A stretch of 64,000 bases of DNA from Chthoniobacterales bacterium. GTDB lineage: Bacteria; Verrucomicrobiota; Verrucomicrobiia; Chthoniobacterales; Chthoniobacteraceae. The stretch lies in assembly GCA_038207335.1 (NCBI GenBank), contig JBBQZX010000001.1:192001-256000 (forward strand), written 5' to 3'. A program made the translations under genes and the position numbers. Every line of letters starts with the position of its first letter. Within the stretch, counting starts at the first letter, position 1. Shown here piece after piece: positions 44,400-53,484 of this stretch. The notes under the pieces are model-generated. The model did no database searches, had not been told where the DNA came from, and saw nothing but the letters and a program-made list of their open reading frames with translations.

Positions 44400-46589
44400 G
44401 TGAAGCACGTCCTTTTCATCTGCACCGGAAACATCTGCCGCAGCCCAATGGCGGAGGGGATGTTTCGCGAAATGGTGAAAGGCCGCGGCGACGTGATCGT
44501 GAGCTCCGCGGGCGTCGGCGCAATCCACGGGCAGCCGCCGAGCCTTCATTCCGTCGAGGTCCTGCGGCCGTGGGGCATCGAGATCGCGCGCCAGCGCAGC
44601 CAGCCGCTGAGCAAATATTTGGTCGAGGAAGCGACGCACATTTTCGCAATGACGCGCGGGCATCTCGAGACGATCCGCACGCTCTTTCCCGAGGCTGCGG
44701 AAAAGGGATACCTGCTCTGCGAATTTGAGCCGAAGCTCCGCGGCGCGCCCGACGTGCCGGACCCGATCGGGCTCGGGATCGACGCCTATTTCCAATGCCG
44801 TGACACGCTGAAAATCGCACTGCCGGGCGTCCTCAAATTTGTCGATAAACCCATGACCACCACGCCTCAACCCGCACCCGCTACCGCAGCTCCCGCCCGC
44901 GTCCTCCGCGTCGCACTCGGCGCAGATCACGGCGGCGTCGAACTCAAAAAAACGATCCACGCCGCGCTCACGAAAAAGGGATACATCATCTCCGACTTCG
45001 GCGTGAACACGCCGGACGTGTCGGTCGATTATCCGGATTTTGCCGAGGCGGTGAGCCGCGATGTGGTCGCGGGCGGTTCCGATTTCGGCATCCTCGTTTG
45101 CAAAAGCGGCATCGGCATGAGCATTGCCGCAAACCGCCATCCGCAAATCCGCGCGTCGCTCGTCGATAACGCCGAGGACGCGAAACTCACGCGGATGCAC
45201 AACGACTCAAACGTCCTCTGCCTCGCGTCGAATCACGTCGAAGCCGTGAACGTCAACCGCATCGTCGAGGCGTTTCTCGTCACGCAATTTGAGGGCGGAC
45301 GCCACGCGCGCCGGCTCGAAAAACTCGATCAAATCGGCGCGGCAGTGCGCGGAGCCGAATCGCTCGCGGAGGCCGACCCGGAGATTTTTGCAGTGATCGA
45401 GGCAGAGTCGCGGCGGCAGTTTGAAAACATCGAGCTCATCGCGTCGGAGAATTTCACGAGCCGTGCGGTCATGGAGGCGCAGGGCTCCTGTCTCACGAAC
45501 AAATACGCCGAGGGCTACCCGACGCGCCGCTGGTACGGTGGATGTGAAAATGTCGATGTCGCCGAGCAACTCGCGATCGACCGCGCGAAGCAGCTTTTCG
45601 GCGGCGAACACATCAACGTCCAGCCGCACTCCGGCTCGCAGGCGAACATGGCGGTCTATTTTTCCGTCCTCCAGCCCGGCGACAAAATCCTGACGATGGA
45701 CCTCGCGCACGGCGGCCACCTCACGCACGGGAACCGCGCGAATTTTTCCGGCCGCTTTTTTGAAATCTCGCACTACGGCGTGAGCCAAAACGACGAGCGG
45801 ATCGACTACGACGCACTCGCGCAGCACGCCGCGGAATTCCGCCCGAAGATGATCACCGCCGGTGCTTCCGCCTACTCGCGGGTCATTGATTTCAAGCGCA
45901 TGCGCGAGATCGCGGACTCCGTCGGCGCGCTGCTTTTCGTGGACATGGCGCACATCGCCGGGCTCGTCGCCGCGGGCGTGCATGCAAGTCCCGTCGAACT
46001 TGCCGATTTCACCACCACCACCACGCACAAAAGCCTGCGCGGCCCGCGCGGCGGCATCGTCATCTGCAAATCGCAATACGCGAAAGGCATCGACTCGCAG
46101 GTCTTCCCCGGCATCCAGGGCGGACCACTGGAGCACGTCATCGCGGCGAAAGCCGTCTGCTTCCACGAAGCGCTCCAACCCGGCTTCAAAGCCTACGCGC
46201 AGCAGATCGTGAGCAACGCAAAAGCACTCGCCGCGCGCCTCGCGCAGAACGGATACCGCATCGTCTCCGGCGGCACCGACAACCACCTCATGCTCGTCGA
46301 TCTGCGCCCCGCCGGCATCAACGGCAAACTCGCGCAAGAGACGCTCGACCACGCCGGCATCACCGTGAACAAAAACGGCATCCCGTTCGACACCGAGAAA
46401 ATCACGCTCGGCGGCGGCATCCGCGTCGGCACTCCGGCGGTCACGACGCGCGGGATGAAAGAGGAGTCCATGATGGAAATCGCCGACCTCCTCCACCGCG
46501 GACTCCAGCAAAAAGACTCACCCGCCGAGCTTGAAAAAATCCGACTCGAAGTGCGTGAAATGATGCGCCGCTACCCGTTGCCGGGGTGA
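44400..46589 (+). CDS. glyA: triple fusion: low-molecular-weight phosphatase, ribose-5-phosphate isomerase B, serine hydroxymethyltransferase
   Basis: CTGNICRS...[52 protein letters not shown], all in one frame. Confidence 0.93.
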   Translation: MKHVLFICTGNICRSPMAEGMFREMVKGRGDVIVSSAGVGAIHGQPPSLHSVEVLRPWGIEIARQRSQPLSKYLVEEATHIFAMTRGHLETIRTLFPEAAEKGYLLCEFEPKLRGAPDVPDPIGLGIDAYFQCRDTLKIALPGVLKFVDKPMTTTPQPAPATAAPARVLRVALGADHGGVELKKTIHAALTKKGYIISDFGVNTPDVSVDYPDFAEAVSRDVVAGGSDFGILVCKSGIGMSIAANRHPQIRASLVDNAEDAKLTRMHNDSNVLCLASNHVEAVNVNRIVEAFLVTQFEGGRHARRLEKLDQIGAAVRGAESLAEADPEIFAVIEAESRRQFENIELIASENFTSRAVMEAQGSCLTNKYAEGYPTRRWYGGCENVDVAEQLAIDRAKQLFGGEHINVQPHSGSQANMAVYFSVLQPGDKILTMDLAHGGHLTHGNRANFSGRFFEISHYGVSQNDERIDYDALAQHAAEFRPKMITAGASAYSRVIDFKRMREIADSVGALLFVDMAHIAGLVAAGVHASPVELADFTTTTTHKSLRGPRGGIVICKSQYAKGIDSQVFPGIQGGPLEHVIAAKAVCFHEALQPGFKAYAQQIVSNAKALAARLAQNGYRIVSGGTDNHLMLVDLRPAGINGKLAQETLDHAGITVNKNGIPFDTEKITLGGGIRVGTPAVTTRGMKEESMMEIADLLHRGLQQKDSPAELEKIRLEVREMMRRYPLPG

Positions 46590-46692
46590 CAGCCGCAGCA
46601 GCGGCGCTTGGCATTCGCGCTGCGATGCTCTGAAGCCATGGCGGCTGAAGTTCCTGCGCAGTGAGTTGAGGTCGTTAAGCGACTTGGGTGCC

Positions 46693-47505
46693 ATGCCTTG
46701 CACATTCACTCATCCGCTCGCTGTTGTGCCTTTTCGCCGGTTGTGCCCGGCGAGGTTGAGCTATGCGGCATTGGTCGTTGGCAGCATGTCCCCGGACTTC
46801 GGCTATTACTTGGGGCAGTTTCCGTTAGCTCGATTCGCACATACGATTCCCGGCAGCTTCGCCATCTGTCTGCCGTCGGGCTTGCTGGCCCTCGTCATCT
46901 TTTACTGCCTGCGCCGTCCGCTTTGCTTCATCCTCCCGCAGCCGCACCGAGCCGCGCTTACGCCGTTGTCTGAAGTGCGAGCACTTCTTGACTGGCGAAG
47001 CCGGCTCGTCGCCGTTGCCTCCCTTTTGCTGGGTGCGTGGAGCCACACCATCTGGGATTCGTTTACCCATGAAGGCGCGTGGACGGTGCGCCACCTTGCC
47101 GTATTGAGGGCACCACTCCTTCAGATCGGTGGGACGGCGCTTCCCACATCCTACGTTTTGCAACAAACGAGCACTTTCGGTGGCGGCGCTGTGCTCGCGG
47201 TGATGTATTTCCTTTGGCTCCGACGACAACCCTGTGCGCCTGCCGCGAGCGACCGCTTTTCCTCCGACGGTTGGCGATATGTTCTTCTCGGCTCGCTTGT
47301 TGTCATCGCACTCCTCGGCGCCATTCCCTCGGCTCTCCGCATGGCTTCGCTTTTCGAAGGCTACACCGCGCTCCGTGTTTTCGTATTTCGCACCGGAGTT
47401 TATGCGTCCGCGATTTTCCTCCCGGTAATCGCCTTCTCGGCCTGCGTTCTACACGCCGTTCACCGGAGAAGCTCACAGCCGACAGCCGAGAAAATCGAGG
47501 GATGA
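46693..47505 (+). CDS. DUF4184 family membrane protein
   Basis: MPCTFTHP, GSMSPD, H, SHTIWDSFTH; several TMs. Confidence 0.8.
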   Translation: MPCTFTHPLAVVPFRRLCPARLSYAALVVGSMSPDFGYYLGQFPLARFAHTIPGSFAICLPSGLLALVIFYCLRRPLCFILPQPHRAALTPLSEVRALLDWRSRLVAVASLLLGAWSHTIWDSFTHEGAWTVRHLAVLRAPLLQIGGTALPTSYVLQQTSTFGGGAVLAVMYFLWLRRQPCAPAASDRFSSDGWRYVLLGSLVVIALLGAIPSALRMASLFEGYTALRVFVFRTGVYASAIFLPVIAFSACVLHAVHRRSSQPTAEKIEG

Positions 47506-47554
47506 CGCAAAGAGTGTGGTGGGCGCAAGTCGCAGTTTTGGGGAGTAAATGAGA

Positions 47555-48340
47555 TCAGCGGCAATGCAAGGCGATGTCAGATATGAGCAGCGCCTCGGCA
47601 TTTTCGCCGTATGGAGCTTGCGCAGCGGGGCTGCCATCTGGCCCCACGATGAGGGAGCAACCGATGCAGCTTCTCCCTTTCCACGGACCCGCGGTGACTG
47701 GCCCGACGTTGCTCGCGCCCGCGATCCAGATGCCGTGCTCGCGCGCGACGCGTCCGTAGCAATCGCGCCACAGCGCGCCGTACGGCTCGCGGGCTTGATC
47801 GTGATCGGACGGGACCGCCCACGCGCACGGTGAGACGATGAGTTGCGCGCCCATCAGCGCGAGCGTGCGCGAGATCGCTTCGCCGGGTGCAAACGCGTCG
47901 GCGCAAATCATGACGCCGAGCGTGCCGAGCGTCGTGTGCGCCACGGCGAGGCGGTCGCCGCGGGCGTAAAGGTCCTGCGCGAAATCGAGTTCGTGGATTT
48001 TGCGATGATGCAGGAGCAGTTCGCCTTCCGGCGAAATGAGCACGGCGGCATTGAACCGCAGCAGGCCCGCCACCTCCACCAGTCCGGCGCAGAGATGCAC
48101 CCGCTCGCGGCAGGCGATGGCGCGTAATCTCTCGAACGGTGCACCGCCTGGAATCGACCCCGCGGATTCGCGCGCCGACGGATGAGTCCAGCCGCAATCC
48201 AAGGTCTCCGGCAGCAGCACCAGGTCCGCGCCGGCCGCCGCCGCCTCGCGCACACGCTCCTCCGCGCGTGCGAGATTTGCCTTCACGCGACCGGGCTCGA
48301 CGAGCATTTGCACGAGGGCGAGGCGCAGCGAGCAAGGCAT
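47555..48340 (-). CDS. carbon-nitrogen hydrolase (nitrilase superfamily)
   Basis: Glu-Lys-Cys triad: LLPE, HRKIH, MICAD. Confidence 0.88.
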   Translation of the reverse strand: MPCSLRLALVQMLVEPGRVKANLARAEERVREAAAAGADLVLLPETLDCGWTHPSARESAGSIPGGAPFERLRAIACRERVHLCAGLVEVAGLLRFNAAVLISPEGELLLHHRKIHELDFAQDLYARGDRLAVAHTTLGTLGVMICADAFAPGEAISRTLALMGAQLIVSPCAWAVPSDHDQAREPYGALWRDCYGRVAREHGIWIAGASNVGPVTAGPWKGRSCIGCSLIVGPDGSPAAQAPYGENAEALLISDIALHCR

Positions 48341-48494
48341 GGTTCCGATAGAAACATACGAATTTTGCCACGCAATTCATCCCGGGGTTCCGACCGACCC
48401 GGCGCGCGCGGCGGATGCTCGCAAATCCGAATGGGCCTGCAACAATCGGCGCATGAATACGCGGTTCATGCAAAGCGCTCCCCCAGTGAAGAGG

Positions 48495-50615
48495 ATGATG
48501 AGTTTCCCACGCGCGATGCTGCCGCTCCTGCTGGCGTTGGCGGCGCTTTCGGGCGCAGCGTTTGGCGCTGACGCGGATGCGCGGTCGGGCGAGCTGAAGA
48601 CGCTCGACGGTTATTTTCCCTTCGCTCCATCGGAGTCGCGGGCGGCTTGGGAAAAGCGCGCGGATCAAGTGCGGATGCGGGTTCGTGTGGCGGAGGGCAT
48701 TTGGCCGGAGCCGACGCGGACGCCGCTGAATGCGGTGGTGCATGGGCGGATTGAGGGAGACGATTACACGGTCGAAAAAGTCAGCTTCGAGTCGATGCCG
48801 GGACTTTTCGTTACGGGAAATCTTTACCGTCCGCGCGGCGAGGCGGCGTTGAAAAGGCCGGCGATTTTGTGTCCGCATGGGCACTGGGACGAGGCGCGTT
48901 TTCAAGTTCTAGGCAATGCGGAAATCGCGAAAGAAATTGCTTCGGGCGGTGAGTTTTTGCCGAACGGCGGGCGCAGCATGTTCCAGTCGCTTGGAGTGCG
49001 ACTCGCGCGCATGGGGTGCGTCGCGTTCGTTATCGACATGCTCGGATATTGCGACAGCAAGCAGCTCGATTTTGCACTCGTGCACAAATTTGCGAAGCAG
49101 CGTCCGGAGATGAACACGCGGGAAAATTGGGGCCTTTTCAGCCCGCAGGCGGAGGCGCACGCGCAGAGCGCGATGGGCTTGCAGACTTGGAATTGCGTGC
49201 GCGCGCTCGACTTCCTCACTTCGCTCCCCGACGTCGATCCGGCGCGGCTCGGCTGCACGGGCGCGAGCGGCGGCGGCACGCAGACGATGCTACTCGGAGC
49301 GATCGATCCGCGGCTGGCGGTGGAGTGCCCGGCGGTGATGGTTTCGACAGCGATGCAGGGCGGATGCACTTGCGAAAATGCGTCTCTGCTGCGCGTTGGC
49401 ACGGGTAATGTCGAGTTCGCTGCGCTCTTCGCTCCGAAGCCGCTCGGCATGACCGCGGCGAATGACTGGACGAAGGAAATGCCGACGAAAGGCTTCCCGG
49501 AATTGCAGCGCCATTTCGCGATGATGGGCGCGCCGGAGCACGTCGCGCTGTGGCCATTTCTGCAATTTGGGCACAACTACAACGCCGTCAGCCGCGCGAA
49601 AATCTACGCGTGGTTCAACGAACACTTCGCGCTGGGCCTCGCGCCGGAAAAGCTCGTCGAGCGCGAGTACACGCTTCTCCAAAAAGACCAGCTCACCGTC
49701 TGGGACGCCGCGCATCCGGCTCCCGCGGGCGGTCCGGATTTCGAGCGCGGGCTGCTCCGCTGGTGGAATGACGACGCGCAAAAGCAGATCACGGCTTCAA
49801 CGGCGCAATTCCGCAAAATCGCCGAGCCCGCGTGGGAGATCATCCTCGGGCGCACGCTCGCGGAGGTCGGCGGGGTGGAGTTCGACCTCCAGTCGAAAGT
49901 GGAGCGAGATGACTACTGGGATCTTACGGGTCTCATCCGCAATACGACCTACGGCGAGAACGTCCCCGCGCGCTTTTTACATCCGAAAAAGTGGAGCGGC
50001 AAGACGGTCATCTGGCTCGACGAACGCGGGAAGATCGGGCTCTTCGACAAAAAGACGATCCGCCCGGAAGTCCGGCAGTTGCTTGATTCCGGGGCGAGCG
50101 TCATCGGCCTCGACCTCTTCCAGCAGCCGGAGAATCCCACCCAAACGCGCCGCGTTTCGAACCCGCGCGAGGCCGCCGCATACACCTTCGGCTACAACGA
50201 CGCGCTCTTTTCGCAGCGCGTCCACGACATCCTCACCACCATCGAGTTCATCCGCAAAAACGACCACGCGCCGCGCAACATTTCGATCGTTGCGCTCGAC
50301 TCCACGGGCCCGCTCGCCGTCGCCGCCCGCGCCCTTTTCGGCCCGGCGCTCTCGCGGGTCGCGGTCGCTATCCACGGCTTCCGTTTCGATGGCATCCTCG
50401 ACCTCCGCAACCCCGGCTTTCTGCCCGGCGCGGCCAAATATGGCGGGCTTGCCGGCCTCCTCGCGCTTGGCGCTCATGCGGAGGCGCGCGTGCTCACGGG
50501 CGATTCCAGCCTCGCCACCACCACCCGCGCGTTTGCATCGGGTGCGCCGCTGGTGACGTTCGCGGACGCCTCCAGTCCCACCGCCGATTCGATCCGCTGG
50601 GTCATCGCGGACTGA
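48495..50615 (+). CDS. secreted alpha/beta-hydrolase, acetylxylan-esterase-like, tandem domains
   Basis: Signal peptide, GNLYRP, CPHGH, GCTGASGGG nucleophile elbow, HNY; degenerate second domain. Confidence 0.8.
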   Translation: MMSFPRAMLPLLLALAALSGAAFGADADARSGELKTLDGYFPFAPSESRAAWEKRADQVRMRVRVAEGIWPEPTRTPLNAVVHGRIEGDDYTVEKVSFESMPGLFVTGNLYRPRGEAALKRPAILCPHGHWDEARFQVLGNAEIAKEIASGGEFLPNGGRSMFQSLGVRLARMGCVAFVIDMLGYCDSKQLDFALVHKFAKQRPEMNTRENWGLFSPQAEAHAQSAMGLQTWNCVRALDFLTSLPDVDPARLGCTGASGGGTQTMLLGAIDPRLAVECPAVMVSTAMQGGCTCENASLLRVGTGNVEFAALFAPKPLGMTAANDWTKEMPTKGFPELQRHFAMMGAPEHVALWPFLQFGHNYNAVSRAKIYAWFNEHFALGLAPEKLVEREYTLLQKDQLTVWDAAHPAPAGGPDFERGLLRWWNDDAQKQITASTAQFRKIAEPAWEIILGRTLAEVGGVEFDLQSKVERDDYWDLTGLIRNTTYGENVPARFLHPKKWSGKTVIWLDERGKIGLFDKKTIRPEVRQLLDSGASVIGLDLFQQPENPTQTRRVSNPREAAAYTFGYNDALFSQRVHDILTTIEFIRKNDHAPRNISIVALDSTGPLAVAARALFGPALSRVAVAIHGFRFDGILDLRNPGFLPGAAKYGGLAGLLALGAHAEARVLTGDSSLATTTRAFASGAPLVTFADASSPTADSIRWVIAD

Positions 50616-50645
50616 ACGTGCCTTCATCACCCCCGAAATCCGACC

Positions 50646-51005
50646 CTGAAAACCTCCCTCGTCCTCCCCATCGTCCTCGCTCTGGCCGTGCTCACCCCCG
50701 GTTGCGCGCTTTTCAAGCACCCGCCTAAGCCGCCGCGCGCCGAGGTCGTCGGCATTCCCAGCTTTGTTGGCACGGTTGCTGTCGTCGATGAGGACGATCG
50801 CTTCGTGCTCATCGACACCGACTACACGAGCACCCTCGAGCCCGGCACCGAACTCAAAACCCTCACCGGCCAAACCGAAACCGGCACCCTGCGCCTCAGC
50901 CCCGAGAAGCGCCGCCCATTTTTCGCGGCCGACATCGTCTCGGGCGCTCCGAAGAAAGGCGACCGCGTGCTGCAGATCATCCGCAAGACCGTTCCCCGGC
51001 AGTGA
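50646..51005 (+). CDS. hypothetical lipoprotein; probable CTG start
   Basis: (M)KTSLVLPIVLALAVLTPGC signal requires a start at 50646; stop overlaps the sialidase GTG. Confidence 0.6.
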   Translation: MKTSLVLPIVLALAVLTPGCALFKHPPKPPRAEVVGIPSFVGTVAVVDEDDRFVLIDTDYTSTLEPGTELKTLTGQTETGTLRLSPEKRRPFFAADIVSGAPKKGDRVLQIIRKTVPRQ

Positions 51006-52150
51006 GATTCCTCCTCGCATCTCTCCTCGCCGTCACCGCGATCTTCGCAGACGAGCCCCGGTTCACGCCCGTCTTCATTGGAGGTCAGGATGGCTATCCG
51101 GTCTATCGGATCCCCTCCGTCGTCGTTGGGAAAAGCGGCACCGTGCTGGCATTTGCGGAGGCCCGGAAAAGCCGCACCGATCAGGCGCAGAACGACATCG
51201 TCCTCAAGCGCAGCACCGACGCCGGCGCCACATGGGGACCGCTCCAGCTCATCCACGACGACGGCGCGAACTCCCTCAACAACCCCACGGCCCTCGTCGC
51301 CGACACCGGCCGCATCTTCCTCCTCTACCAGCGCATCCCCGGGCACCTCACCGAGCACAGCAAAGACAAAATCGCCGCCGGCTACGACGGCCCGGACATC
51401 TACCGCACCCTCCTCGTCACCTCCGACGACGACGGCGCGACCTGGACTCCCCCGCGCGACATCACCCGCGGCACCAAGCGCCCCACCGGCGCCACCACCG
51501 TCTGCAGCGGCCCCGGCATCGGCATCCAGCTCACGCGCGGCCCGCATCGCGGCAGGCTCATCGTGCCCTTCAACGAAGGCCCCTACGGTCGCTGGAACAA
51601 CTACGCGGCATTCAGCGACGACTCGGGCGAGACCTGGCGCTGCGGCGCGGATGTCCCGGGCGCATTCCTCGGCGACCGCAGCCAGGTGAATGAAGTCCAG
51701 ATGGTCGAGCTCAGCGACGGCAGCGTGCGGCTGAACTCCCGCCAATTCGCGGGCGCCAAAATGCGCAAGAACGCCATCAGCCGCGACGGCGGCCAGACCT
51801 GGACGCACGTCGAGGACGTCCCCGCGCTCCGGGACCCGAGCTGCATGGCCTCCATCTTCCGTTTCGACTTCGACGAGGCGAAAGGCCGCATCCTCTACAC
51901 TGGTCCCGACAGCCAGCGGCGCGACACCGGCACCCTCCACCTGAGCACCGACGACGGCGCGACATGGCCCGTGAAAAGAATCCTCTATCCCGGTTCCTTC
52001 GCCTACAGCGTCCTCACGCGCCTCGCGGATGGGAAAGTCGGATGCCTCTTTGAAGCCGACGATTACCGACGCATCGTCTTCGCCACCCTCCCGCTCGATT
52101 GGCTACTGGAACAGCCCGCGACGGCCCCGGCCAACCCCGATTTGAGATAA
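51002..52150 (+). CDS. exo-alpha-sialidase-like protein (GH33/BNR repeats)
   Basis: YRIP motif, five Asp boxes (STDAGATW, SDDDGATW, SDDSGETW, SRDGGQTW, STDDGATW), AYS. Confidence 0.9.
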   Translation: MRFLLASLLAVTAIFADEPRFTPVFIGGQDGYPVYRIPSVVVGKSGTVLAFAEARKSRTDQAQNDIVLKRSTDAGATWGPLQLIHDDGANSLNNPTALVADTGRIFLLYQRIPGHLTEHSKDKIAAGYDGPDIYRTLLVTSDDDGATWTPPRDITRGTKRPTGATTVCSGPGIGIQLTRGPHRGRLIVPFNEGPYGRWNNYAAFSDDSGETWRCGADVPGAFLGDRSQVNEVQMVELSDGSVRLNSRQFAGAKMRKNAISRDGGQTWTHVEDVPALRDPSCMASIFRFDFDEAKGRILYTGPDSQRRDTGTLHLSTDDGATWPVKRILYPGSFAYSVLTRLADGKVGCLFEADDYRRIVFATLPLDWLLEQPATAPANPDLR

Positions 52151-52241
52151 GACAGTCGCCTTCAACCCGGACGACCCGCTCGTGAATGGTTCTGGGCCGT
52201 TTCTGCCAGTCGCCTCTGGGCTGAATGGGCGCTGCGACGCG

Positions 52242-53336
52242 TTATCCCATCGCCGCAAGCCATTCGCGGTGGATTTTGGGGGAGATTTCGGAGGGCTTGA
52301 TCTCGCTGCGACCTCCCCAGAAGACGTTGGTGTAGCTGACGGGGATGCCGCAGTCCGCGAGGTGCGCGTCGATCGCGGCTTTGTGGGCGAAGATGCGCTC
52401 TTTTTCCGTCCCGTGGCCGACTGCCATGATGTTGACGTTTTTGAAGCCCGCCCCGCCCTCGCGCCAATAGGCGTGCGTGAGGAACTCGTGGCGTCCGACT
52501 TCACCCCCGGCCTCGACCTCGCGACCCGGCGGCACGGCCCAGTGGAAAAGCGCGTTGAAACGCGTCACGCGCTGTCCGCCGGCGCTCGGCTTCACATGCT
52601 CCAGAAACGTCGAGAAACGCCCGATCACCTGCCGCGAATTCAGCCCCTCCGCAGTCGCGCAAAACGTCTCCAAATCCACGCCCGCTTCCGCCGCGCGCGA
52701 CGCCCACGGATTCGCGCCGATTTCGTCCGGCGTAAATTCGCGCTTCAGGGCGAGGAGGACATCCCACTCCTGTTGCGTGAGCTCCACCGCGCCGACCCGG
52801 ATCATCCGCGCGGTTTCGGGGATGCGGTCGCCGGGCTCGATGGTCTTGCGCCGCACATGGCCGACGCCGAGCGCGAAGATCCCCTTCGCTGGCATGAGCT
52901 TGAAACGCTCGCAGCCCGTGTGGCGCAACAGTACCTCGCAGTGCGCCGCGAGCGACTCGCCGACCGGGACTTTCAACGTCGTCCACAGCCGATACTCGCT
53001 GCCAGCGGTCTGATGGTCGGTCGAACGGACGACGACGTGCCCGCTGAACGGGTCCTTTTGAAACATGAAATCGAAAGCGCCATTCAGCTTTTCCTCCGGC
53101 ACCGTCCACGCCACGAGCGCGCCCTCCGCGAGATTGCTCGCCACGAGCGTCTGCCGCACGCGCCGGATCGTCCCCGCCTCCAGCATCGCGCGGATGCGGG
53201 CGTGGACCGTGTCGATCGGCACGCCTGAAAGACGCGCAATTTCGAGAAAAGGCTCGCGGACAAAGCCGGCGATCTTGTCCTCGGAAACCGCGAGGATCTG
53301 GGCGTTGACGGGGTCGGAATGTTCGATCGGAAGCAT
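52242..53336 (-). CDS. fused AhbA/AhbB (NirDLGH)-like siroheme decarboxylase / AsnC-fold protein
   Basis: Two HTH plus AsnC-like halves; PF..IA, GHVVVR...YRLW, NPW..A, NALFHW, THAYWR, N...HG. Confidence 0.7.
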   Translation of the reverse strand: MLPIEHSDPVNAQILAVSEDKIAGFVREPFLEIARLSGVPIDTVHARIRAMLEAGTIRRVRQTLVASNLAEGALVAWTVPEEKLNGAFDFMFQKDPFSGHVVVRSTDHQTAGSEYRLWTTLKVPVGESLAAHCEVLLRHTGCERFKLMPAKGIFALGVGHVRRKTIEPGDRIPETARMIRVGAVELTQQEWDVLLALKREFTPDEIGANPWASRAAEAGVDLETFCATAEGLNSRQVIGRFSTFLEHVKPSAGGQRVTRFNALFHWAVPPGREVEAGGEVGRHEFLTHAYWREGGAGFKNVNIMAVGHGTEKERIFAHKAAIDAHLADCGIPVSYTNVFWGGRSEIKPSEISPKIHREWLAAMG

Positions 53337-53484
53337 GGGACCGCCGACACTAAACAGCGCGCCTCCGATGACAACTCCGCGCCTGTCTCAGCGGCATTCT
53401 ATTTCATGCAACTCTACTGCTTCACTGCTTGTTCCTAGAGGTTGACAGTTCTCCGCTCCGCAGATTCAGAATGCGCCGAAGCGG

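Noticed and set aside
50613..50645. Esterase and the downstream lipoprotein share a frame, suggesting read-through
   Set aside because: The downstream ORF has its own signal peptide; the shared frame is likely chance
53442..53472. TTGACA...CAGAAT promoter before the kinase fusion
   Set aside because: The 19-nt spacing is poor, so it was not called
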